IMG/VR virus record: IMGVR_UViG_3300045988_111821
Source of the DNA: a virus
DNA length: 39,542 nt
Reading direction: 5' to 3' (one strand)
Position numbers and translations under genes: made by a program. Each line of letters starts with the position of its first letter. Within the stretch, counting starts at the first letter, position 1. The notes beneath the pieces were generated by a model. The model had not been told where the DNA came from and made no database searches. It saw only the letters and a list, made by a program, of their open reading frames with translations. Below are positions 1 through 6,111 of this stretch, piece after piece.

Positions 1-32
1 TTTGGCGGAAACCACGTAGAATCAAGTGTTTC
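1..32. repeat. Terminal direct repeat, copy 1 (identical to 39511..39542)
   Basis: Direct comparison: TTTGGCGGAAACCACGTAGAATCAAGTGTTTC occurs at both window ends. Confidence 0.95.
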
Positions 33-43
33 CGCCGTTTTTT
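4..43 (+). terminator. Rho-independent terminator
   Basis: GGCGGAAAC (4..12) pairs with GTTTCCGCC (28..36) around a 15-nt loop, followed by GTTTTTT. Confidence 0.75.
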
Positions 44-60
44 AATGGTTGAAAAATGCG

Positions 61-87
61 TTACTGGGCATTTACTGGGCAAAAATT
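61..87. repeat. att-like core, left copy (TTACTGGGCATTTACTGGGCAAAAATT)
   Basis: Exact 27-bp match to 39361..39387. It overlaps the integrase stop codon (86..88) and contains TTACTGGGCA twice in 11-bp register. Confidence 0.8.
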
Positions 88-1210
88 ATGAGAAGAGATT
101 TATCTGATCTAATTTCTGATTATCATTTTGGGTTACTTTTTTAGTAACATGAATATAGATTTCTCTGGTTATCTCACTTTTTCCATGCCCGAGGCGGCGG
201 GCAATCTCATCAGGAGTCATGTTGTTTGCGGCGAGAAGCGAAGCGTGCGTATGTCGTAACATATGAGGTGTCACACGTCGTTCAAATAGCTTCTCTGATA
301 TGATACGAAGGTATTTTTCGTAACCGGCTATTTGCATATGATCACCTTTGCTGTTTGGAATCAAGATGCTTGATCTGAAATTGTTTGCAAGCATCATTTC
401 TTTACGCCATAGCATACATTTCTTTAATTCTACTAAGAGTGCCGGCTGGATGTGTATTACACGCTTGGAATTATCGGTCTTTGGTGTAGTGACACTGTCG
501 TGCTTTGAATCGTATGTTTTGGAGATTCGGATTGTTAACTGGTCCATATCGATATCAGATACTTCTAGTGCAGACAATTCGCCGAATCTCAAGCCTGTGA
601 GTAATAGTATCGAAGTTATATAGTACCAGTGCCAGCAATTATCATGTTTGATGTAATCAAGGAGCTTTTTTGCTTCTTCAGGTTCCAAGTATTTTGTAGT
701 AATTTCTTTATCATCAGATGAATCATCAAATGGCTTAAGCTTTGTGATCAGCTTCATGTTATCGTGGTAGTCATTTTCATATCCCCAATTTAACATTGCT
801 TTGAATCGTGTTATGTAAGAGTTCAATGTCGTAAGTTCTTTTCCGGAATCGAGCAATCTGGACTTTACATATTGTGCTGTCAGGTTGTTGACAATTGCAT
901 CTGGATTCAAGATCTCTATGACAGAGCCAGTAACACTCTCATTCCGATCAACTGTACTATCTTTGTATATGATTCTTTGGGCTTTCAGATACTCTTTTTG
1001 AAGTTTTGCAAGAGTTACCGTATTATCGGTGCATTGAAGATCCTTAATAGCAGCTTCGATCTTTGCATTTAACTCTCTTTGTGCTTTGTTCTTGTTCTGC
1101 GGCGTGTCTTTTGGATATGAGACCGCAACTCTTTCGACCTTAAGGGTGAGAGGGTTTGTGTATCGTTCACGATAGACAACTGTTCCGTTTTTTTGAGTTT
1201 CACACCACAT
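86..1210 (-). CDS. int: Tyrosine recombinase / phage integrase
   Basis: ORF 86..1285 trimmed to the ATG at 1210, which has AAAGGAGG 7 nt upstream. C-terminal signature LRFGEL, HMLRHTHAS, GHGKSEITREIYIHV (R, HxxR, H, Y). Confidence 0.93.
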   Translation of the reverse strand: MWCETQKNGTVVYRERYTNPLTLKVERVAVSYPKDTPQNKNKAQRELNAKIEAAIKDLQCTDNTVTLAKLQKEYLKAQRIIYKDSTVDRNESVTGSVIEILNPDAIVNNLTAQYVKSRLLDSGKELTTLNSYITRFKAMLNWGYENDYHDNMKLITKLKPFDDSSDDKEITTKYLEPEEAKKLLDYIKHDNCWHWYYITSILLLTGLRFGELSALEVSDIDMDQLTIRISKTYDSKHDSVTTPKTDNSKRVIHIQPALLVELKKCMLWRKEMMLANNFRSSILIPNSKGDHMQIAGYEKYLRIISEKLFERRVTPHMLRHTHASLLAANNMTPDEIARRLGHGKSEITREIYIHVTKKVTQNDNQKLDQINLFS

Positions 1211-1238
1211 AATAAAACCTCCTTTGAAAAAATAGGCA

Positions 1239-1273
1239 TAAAAAAATAAGCCTATGAAAATGAGAAGGCTTAT
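1239..1273 (-). terminator. Rho-independent terminator between the Zn-ribbon gene and int
   Basis: On the minus strand ATAAGCCT, a 12-nt loop, AGGCTTAT, then TTTTTTT (plus-strand A-run 1240..1246). Confidence 0.7.
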
Positions 1274-1372
1274 GGTATAATACAAGTTGCAAATTTGTTA
1301 TGCATAAGCCTTCGGTTTATGGGTGACACCCTCAGGTGTTTCCAGCACCTGGGGGGATTTTTATTTATGTAA

Positions 1373-1621
1373 TTATGATGCTTTCCAAGAGTTGCCGCAA
1401 TTCTGACATATGCATACGGATTCATTCTTGAATGTCGTTTTCTCACCGCCCTTTGATTTCTTCCATACAAGGTTAGATAATCCGAGCGTACAAACAGCTG
1501 TAATACCTCTTGCGGCATTGTTTACATGACCACCAACGCCATTCCCTTTTTTCTTCGTTTTTCCCTCCGTCTGTATCATCTGGACGTTAACGTTTTGACT
1601 TCCACATTTTGGACAAATCAT
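1373..1621 (-). CDS. Small zinc-ribbon protein (CxxC...CxxC), function unknown
   Basis: 82 aa. CPKC at the N-terminus and CQNC at the C-terminus. AAGGAGG lies 7 nt upstream of the ATG. Last gene of the repressor operon. Confidence 0.7.
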   Translation of the reverse strand: MICPKCGSQNVNVQMIQTEGKTKKKGNGVGGHVNNAARGITAVCTLGLSNLVWKKSKGGEKTTFKNESVCICQNCGNSWKAS

Positions 1622-1648
1622 ATTTTTTCCTCCTTAAAATTGTAAATA

Positions 1649-1933
1649 TCATAAATGCCTTGGTGAGCAATTATGTGCATAATATTCTAAATGGTCAACG
1701 CAAGCATCTCTATTCTCGAAGTCCAACCTGGTGATGTGGGACAGAGCATGTAAGTAAGCATCTGTCTGCTGTTCCTGATTGAGCCTTGAATTGATAAAGA
1801 TTGAGAAACTGCCATCTTCGTTCGAAGTGACGGTTTCTTTTGCGTTTGCTCCCTTAAAATCAATTAAGTGTACAAATACTTCGTTCGTAATATCACCCCC
1901 TGCGACTAAGAGCATATCATATCGCAGGTACAA
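1649..1933 (-). CDS. ImmA/IrrE-like short protein with degenerate metal motif (HALSH)
   Basis: Sits immediately downstream of the XRE repressor. ...NEDGSFSIFINSRLNQEQQTDAYLHALSHI... resembles short ImmA-type proteins. The start is uncertain (TTG 1933 or ATG 1915) and there is no clear SD. Confidence 0.5.
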   Translation of the reverse strand: MYLRYDMLLVAGGDITNEVFVHLIDFKGANAKETVTSNEDGSFSIFINSRLNQEQQTDAYLHALSHITRLDFENRDACVDHLEYYAHNCSPRHL

Positions 1934-1943
1934 TAATACGGAC

Positions 1944-2333
1944 TTATTCGCCTTTTTCTTTCTTTTTTAATGCAAGTAGCATTGTATGTACTGTTTGGAT
2001 GTCTTCTGGAGAAGCATCACGTGCAGCATCGAAGAGAAGTGAGAGCTCTTTGTTCTCGAAGATCTCCTGTGCTTTCTTTGCAGTTTCAGGATCCATGTAA
2101 TAGGATGGTTGCTTGTTTTCATCATCAATATCAAATCCCATTAACCACATTGCATTTACCATGAGCACCTTTGCAAGCTTTGGAGCTGATATATTAGATG
2201 GTTTGTGGCTCCCATTAACATATTGACTTATAGAAGCTTTGCTTACTCCGCTTTTATCCGCAAGTTCCTGAGCGCTTATATTTATCTTATTCATAGCTTG
2301 TTTTAATCGGTTAGCGGTTACTGGCCATTTCAT
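1944..2333 (-). CDS. XRE-family HTH repressor (CI-like)
   Basis: ORF trimmed to the ATG at 2333 (GAGGAGGA upstream). HTH ISAQELADKSGVSKASISQYVNG. Divergent from the cro-like gene. Confidence 0.88.
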   Translation of the reverse strand: MKWPVTANRLKQAMNKINISAQELADKSGVSKASISQYVNGSHKPSNISAPKLAKVLMVNAMWLMGFDIDDENKQPSYYMDPETAKKAQEIFENKELSLLFDAARDASPEDIQTVHTMLLALKKKEKGE

Positions 2334-2370
2334 ATGATCATCCTCCTCTATCCTTGTTTGATATAAGAAG

Positions 2371-2399
2371 ATTATACAACATCGTTTAACTAAAATCAA
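2371..2399 (-). promoter_or_regulatory. Leftward promoter for the repressor operon
   Basis: Minus strand: TTGATT (2399..2394), 17 nt, TATAAT (2376..2371). A GTTTAAC half-site (2384..2390) lies in the spacer. Confidence 0.6.
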
Positions 2400-2430
2400 A
2401 CAAAAAGTTAAAAAAAATTAAACTTTACAC

Positions 2431-2459
2431 TTGACATTACAGTTAAACGGAGTTAAACT
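2431..2459 (+). promoter_or_regulatory. Rightward early promoter (cro side)
   Basis: TTGACA (2431..2436), 17 nt, TAAACT (2454..2459). GTTAAAC half-sites at 2442..2448 and 2452..2458 overlap the spacer and -10. Confidence 0.6.
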
Positions 2460-2468
2460 ATCATCAAG

Positions 2469-2485
2469 GTTAAACAATGTTTAAC
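2469..2485. promoter_or_regulatory. Operator palindrome GTTAAAC-AAT-GTTTAAC
   Basis: Perfect 7-3-7 inverted repeat between the rightward promoter and the cro RBS. Confidence 0.65.
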
Positions 2486-2507
2486 AAAAATGAAGGGAGG
2501 TACATAT

Positions 2508-2714
2508 ATGCCATATCAGTATAATAAACTGAGAGGAAAGATTATCGAGCATTATGGAACGCAGGGGAACTTTGCCAATGCTTTAGGATTGTCTGTCAAT
2601 TCTGTATCAAAGAAACTGAATTGCCGCACAGGATTCACTCAGGAAGAGATGAACAAGTGGGCAGAATTGCTTGATATTGAATTGAAGGACTATCCAGCAT
2701 ATTTTTTTACCTAA
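2508..2714 (+). CDS. Cro-like small HTH regulator
   Basis: 68 aa from the ATG at 2508 (GGGAGG 7 nt upstream). GNFANALGLSVNSVSKKLN HTH. Divergent from the repressor. Confidence 0.8.
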   Translation: MPYQYNKLRGKIIEHYGTQGNFANALGLSVNSVSKKLNCRTGFTQEEMNKWAELLDIELKDYPAYFFT

Positions 2715-2717
2715 TAG

Positions 2718-2734
2718 GTTAAATGTAGTTTAAC
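2718..2734. promoter_or_regulatory. Second operator-like palindrome GTTAAAT-GTA-GTTTAAC
   Basis: Same 7-3-7 geometry as 2469..2485, with one mismatch, 4 nt after the cro-like stop. Confidence 0.45.
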
Positions 2735-2768
2735 TCATTAGGCGCTTAAAGTGATAGAAAGGAGAAGC

Positions 2769-2954
2769 ATGAGCGAGTTAGTATGTGTAATTCTGATTGT
2801 GGTTGCTATCAGTCAGTTTGTAAGAGCAGCCGCATATAAGAAATCAACAAAAGCCCTTACGCTGTATCTGAAAGATATTGATGCTGTTCCCGATGAACAG
2901 ACAATACAGAGATACAGCGAAAAGGCATTGCAGTCATCAAATACCAAGCGTTGA
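2769..2954 (+). CDS. Small membrane protein, unknown function
   Basis: 61 aa from the ATG at 2769 (AAAGGAGA upstream). N-terminal hydrophobic helix LVCVILIVVAISQFV. The 3' end overlaps the convergent gene by 18 nt. Confidence 0.5.
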   Translation: MSELVCVILIVVAISQFVRAAAYKKSTKALTLYLKDIDAVPDEQTIQRYSEKALQSSNTKR

Positions 2955-3317
2955 TTTAATGATTGATGCTACAACACTTGATGCTATTTGCGTAATGGCA
3001 GACACGGAGGTTGCTCCGATTTTCGATGCTATAGCTTTAGTCTTTTTCCAGACATTATTGTCACGAATGGATTCTAAAAACTGGTGACCGTTGTAAGTAA
3101 TATCGTTTATAGCGATGATCATTGTCGTGTTATCGGCATTAAGCGTCGAGGCTTTGATATATTCTGCTTCTTTAAGTTTCAGTACGGAATAACTGATATC
3201 GTCGGTGCTGTAATTAGGAAGCGCAGATACCAACGATTGAAAAGGTAATGATTTACCATATGAAACGTTTTCAACTTCTAATAGAATTGCACGCATGCAA
3301 TCAATATTTAGTTTCAT
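2937..3317 (-). CDS. DUF2513-like winged-helix protein with hydrophobic C-terminal tail
   Basis: 126 aa from the ATG at 3317 (AAAGGAG upstream). MKLNIDCMRAILLEVE... and ITYNGHQFLESIRDNNVWKKTK match my memory of the DUF2513 pattern. It is on the opposite strand to all neighbouring early genes. Confidence 0.6.
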   Translation of the reverse strand: MKLNIDCMRAILLEVENVSYGKSLPFQSLVSALPNYSTDDISYSVLKLKEAEYIKASTLNADNTTMIIAINDITYNGHQFLESIRDNNVWKKTKAIASKIGATSVSAITQIASSVVASIIKSTLGI

Positions 3318-3426
3318 AGAATGCTCCTTTCGTATGTACTTGGTTCTGGCAGGAACCTGTAAGGAGAGTATAGGTGTTGGGAGAAAAATAGTCAAGCAGA
3401 TAGTGTCTAACAGACAAAAGATGAAA

Positions 3427-3475
3427 TTGCAGAAAAAATGAAAAAAATATTCGTTTTATTGTTTTTTTTCTGCAA
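3427..3475. promoter_or_regulatory. 12-bp inverted repeat in a divergent intergenic region
   Basis: TTGCAGAAAAAA (3427..3438) and TTTTTTCTGCAA (3464..3475), between the minus-strand gene start (3317) and the plus-strand gene start (3515). Confidence 0.4.
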
Positions 3476-3514
3476 ACAATCGTTTTACTAAATATACAAG
3501 GAGGTTTTAGCAAA

Positions 3515-3829
3515 ATGGAGATCACATCAATTAAGTACATCAGTGCATCGCCGTATATGTCGAAAGCTCAGATCCAGAAGTTGATGAACGTATCTGCCAG
3601 AACGGTTACTAGCCGAATCGCAGAGATTGATCAGTATGTTCAGAATGGCAGATATGGCGCACACACAATACTGGATGGTTGCGGTGTGACATATGTGAAT
3701 TATCTCGCTTTTATAGATTTTTTGAAATATCGAAAAGATCTAAAAGCTGGACGCAGAGTGCCGCCGTACAACCCGAAGCGTATTGCGGAGCAGATCGCAT
3801 GGGGCACACTTGCCACGGAAAATCAGTAA
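3515..3829 (+). CDS. HTH DNA-binding protein, possible excisionase
   Basis: AAGGAGG upstream. SKAQIQKLMNVSARTVTSRIAEI HTH followed by a short beta-rich region, as in Xis-type proteins. Position is early-proximal. Confidence 0.4.
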   Translation: MEITSIKYISASPYMSKAQIQKLMNVSARTVTSRIAEIDQYVQNGRYGAHTILDGCGVTYVNYLAFIDFLKYRKDLKAGRRVPPYNPKRIAEQIAWGTLATENQ

Positions 3830-3854
3830 TGACAAGCAGAGAGGAAGAAAGAGG

Positions 3855-4118
3855 ATGAGCAATGACATGATTATATGGTCCTACCGGCTGGCAACGTTCG
3901 CCATGGTTGAAGGTGCGGTGCTGTTATGGATTGGCATGATCTACGGATTCTGGATGATGCTTGCGGCAGTAATCTATAAGGAACTGATCGAATGCGCCAA
4001 CGATGATGATATGGACCATGCAATCGAGATCTACAAAAAAAGCACCCTTGGGACTGGCATCCCGCAGGTGCAAATAACAAATAACACAATAAGAAGTATA
4101 ACACGGAAGGGAGCGTGA
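3855..4118 (+). CDS. Small membrane protein
   Basis: 87 aa from the internal ATG at 3855. Two hydrophobic helices (LATFAMVEGAVLLWIGMIYGFWMMLAAVIY). Confidence 0.5.
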   Translation: MSNDMIIWSYRLATFAMVEGAVLLWIGMIYGFWMMLAAVIYKELIECANDDDMDHAIEIYKKSTLGTGIPQVQITNNTIRSITRKGA

Positions 4119-4122
4119 ATCA

Positions 4123-4773
4123 ATGGTTACCATGCAGGTGCTTCCAAATCGTGAAGATTGGTTGAAGCACAGAACGAAGATTGGCGGATCAGATGCATCT
4201 GCAATACTTGGTAAGAATCCATATAAGACAAATGTGGAACTCTGGAAGGATAAGGCATTTCATCTGATGCCGGAGGATATCTCGGACAAGCCGTATGTGA
4301 AGTATGGCACCGAAGCAGAGAAGTATCTCCGGGAACTGTTCAAGATGGACTATCCGCAGTATGAGATGTTCTACGAGGAAAATAACATGTGGACAAATGA
4401 CGCATATCCGTTCGCACATGCATCTCTGGATGGATGGCTCAAGGATGAAGCTGGCCGTATGGGTGTATGGGAGTGTAAAACTACAAATATCCTGCAGTCT
4501 CGTCAGAAAGAGAAGTGGGATCATCGTTTGCCGGAGAACTATTACATACAGATCTTGCATTATCTGATGGTGACAGAGTTTGAGTTTGTGGAGCTGAAAG
4601 CGCAGCTCAAATCAGTGTTCTCAGATGGAATGGTGTATTTGCAGACCAGACATTATCACATTGAGAGATTTGATGTGGAAGCGGATATTGAATATCTGGC
4701 GGATGAAGAGCGGAAGTTCTGGACATGCGTAGAGAACATGAAGGCTCCGCCGTTGGTGCTGCCGGAGATATAG
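4123..4773 (+). CDS. YqaJ-type viral recombinase exonuclease (lambda Exo-like PD-(D/E)XK)
   Basis: GGSDASAILGKNPYKT N-terminal signature, plus SLDGW...WECKTT and the YY.Q..HYLMV core. Confidence 0.88.
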   Translation: MVTMQVLPNREDWLKHRTKIGGSDASAILGKNPYKTNVELWKDKAFHLMPEDISDKPYVKYGTEAEKYLRELFKMDYPQYEMFYEENNMWTNDAYPFAHASLDGWLKDEAGRMGVWECKTTNILQSRQKEKWDHRLPENYYIQILHYLMVTEFEFVELKAQLKSVFSDGMVYLQTRHYHIERFDVEADIEYLADEERKFWTCVENMKAPPLVLPEI

Positions 4774-4782
4774 GAGGATGCC

Positions 4783-4944
4783 ATGTATGGTTATATCTGT
4801 CCGACCTGTGGTGCACATCTGGATCCACAGGAGCGATGTGAGGAATGCACAGAGCAGAAGTTGAAGGATCAGCGGGAGAGCGAACGTATCAAGTCCCTGC
4901 TCTCGGTAGGTAAGGATGCTCAATATGAGCTGGTATTAAGTTAG
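4783..4944 (+). CDS. 53-aa four-cysteine zinc-ribbon protein (not in the ORF track)
   Basis: Hand translation: MYGYICPTCGAHLDPQERCEECTEQKLKDQRESERIKSLLSVGKDAQYELVLS. AGGAGG lies 5 nt upstream. It fills the 4774..4954 gap exactly. Confidence 0.6.
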   Translation: MYGYICPTCGAHLDPQERCEECTEQKLKDQRESERIKSLLSVGKDAQYELVLS

Positions 4945-4954
4945 GAGGATATGA

Positions 4955-5800
4955 ATGGAGTTAAGAGTAGAACCGGTTACATTTCCGGAGGTAATTCAGT
5001 TTAACTATGAAGAATTGAAAGCAGAGATCACAAGCAAGGTAGAGATGTATAAGAATCTGGTATATACAGGTAGTGATCAGATTAAGGATGCAAAAGCAGA
5101 CAGAGCGGAATTGAATAAGCTTATTAAGGCTATGTCAGATGAGAGAATCCTTATCAAAAAGGATTGTTTGAAGCCATACGATGAATTCGAACGGAAAATT
5201 CGTGAACTCACGGATATTGTGAATGAGCCGGTACAGTTGATTGATAAGCAGATCAAAGAATATGAGCAGACGTTGAAGGAAGAGAAGCGGAAGGAGATTG
5301 AAGCACTCTTTGAGACAATTGGATTTCAGGCATTTGTAAAGCTGGAGATGATCTGGGATGAGAAGTGGCTGAATGCATCTGTATCGATGAAATCTATCGA
5401 AGAGAAGATGCGGGAACGTATGTATCAGATCAGCACAGATCTTCTGACGTTGAATCGGCTTTCAGAATATGCGTTTGAAGCGGTTTCAGTATATAAAGAG
5501 ACTTTAGACATGCACAAGTCAATTGCAGAGGCACAGCGGATGTCTGAAATTGCCAAGAAGAAAGCGGAAGCAGAAGCACGGAAGAAGGCGGAAGAAGAGC
5601 GGCGTGCCAAGGAAGCGGAAGATAAGAAGATGCACGAAACGCCGGTTATTATTCCTGAGCCGGTGCCGGAACAGCAGGAGCCGGAACGCACAGAGCCGCA
5701 GAAGATGGAAGTGCGGTTTGCGGCACTTCTTACAACCGAAGATGCACTTGCCCTGAAAGAGTTCTTCCAGAGCAGAAATATAGAGTTTAGAGCGATTTAG
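4955..5800 (+). CDS. DUF1351-family protein (RecT-associated phage protein)
   Basis: N-terminus LRVEPVTFPEVIQFNYEELKAEITSKVEMYKNLVYTGSDQIKDAKADRAELNKL is the typical DUF1351 pattern. Lys/Glu-rich C-terminus. Confidence 0.8.
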   Translation: MELRVEPVTFPEVIQFNYEELKAEITSKVEMYKNLVYTGSDQIKDAKADRAELNKLIKAMSDERILIKKDCLKPYDEFERKIRELTDIVNEPVQLIDKQIKEYEQTLKEEKRKEIEALFETIGFQAFVKLEMIWDEKWLNASVSMKSIEEKMRERMYQISTDLLTLNRLSEYAFEAVSVYKETLDMHKSIAEAQRMSEIAKKKAEAEARKKAEEERRAKEAEDKKMHETPVIIPEPVPEQQEPERTEPQKMEVRFAALLTTEDALALKEFFQSRNIEFRAI

Positions 5801-5813
5801 GAGGATATGAAAA

Positions 5814-6110
5814 ATGGTAAAAGTAGAGGACAACGTAGTATCAATTTACGGCGCAGAAGATACATGTGCAATCGAAATTGCAAAGATCCTTTGTGCATTT
5901 AAGAAGGTACTATACAAGAACTATTCAAAGGAAGAGGCAGAAATCAAATACGGTGCTGTTCTTGCGACAGCAGATGCGTTTTCGTATATATCTTGCAAGC
6001 AGGAGAAAAAGGAAAATGCAGAGACGGATAAGAAAATCGGATTGGATGAGATTTTGAATCAGCTAATTTTAGATTCTTTAGATGCGATTGTAAAGAAGGG
6101 AGACAAATAA
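5814..6110 (+). CDS. Hypothetical protein
   Basis: GGAGG 9 nt upstream. Tightly packed between DUF1351 and recT. Confidence 0.55.
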   Translation: MVKVEDNVVSIYGAEDTCAIEIAKILCAFKKVLYKNYSKEEAEIKYGAVLATADAFSYISCKQEKKENAETDKKIGLDEILNQLILDSLDAIVKKGDK

Positions 6111-6111
6111 G

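Noticed and set aside
61-87. Possibility that the att core is the 3' end of a tRNA or tmRNA gene
   Set aside because: No cloverleaf arms, T-loop (GTTCGAAT-like) or CCA context occur in the core or in either flank.
1211-1285. Hydrophobic 25-aa N-terminal extension of the integrase ORF that looks like a signal or TM segment
   Set aside because: The ATG at 1210 has a perfect AAAGGAGG at 7-nt spacing, and the extension runs through the minus-strand terminator. It is an ORF-caller artefact.
1270-1518. 82-aa minus-strand ORF overlapping the Zn-ribbon gene in another frame
   Set aside because: It has no RBS, spans the intergenic terminator and overlaps the Zn-ribbon ORF, which has AAGGAGG and paired CxxC motifs.
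5425-5833. Several ORFs in three frames on both strands (77-104 aa, Arg/Lys-rich)
   Set aside because: They arise from a purine-rich GAAG/GCGG low-complexity stretch that encodes the Lys/Glu/Ala-rich tail of the DUF1351 protein. They are not independent genes.
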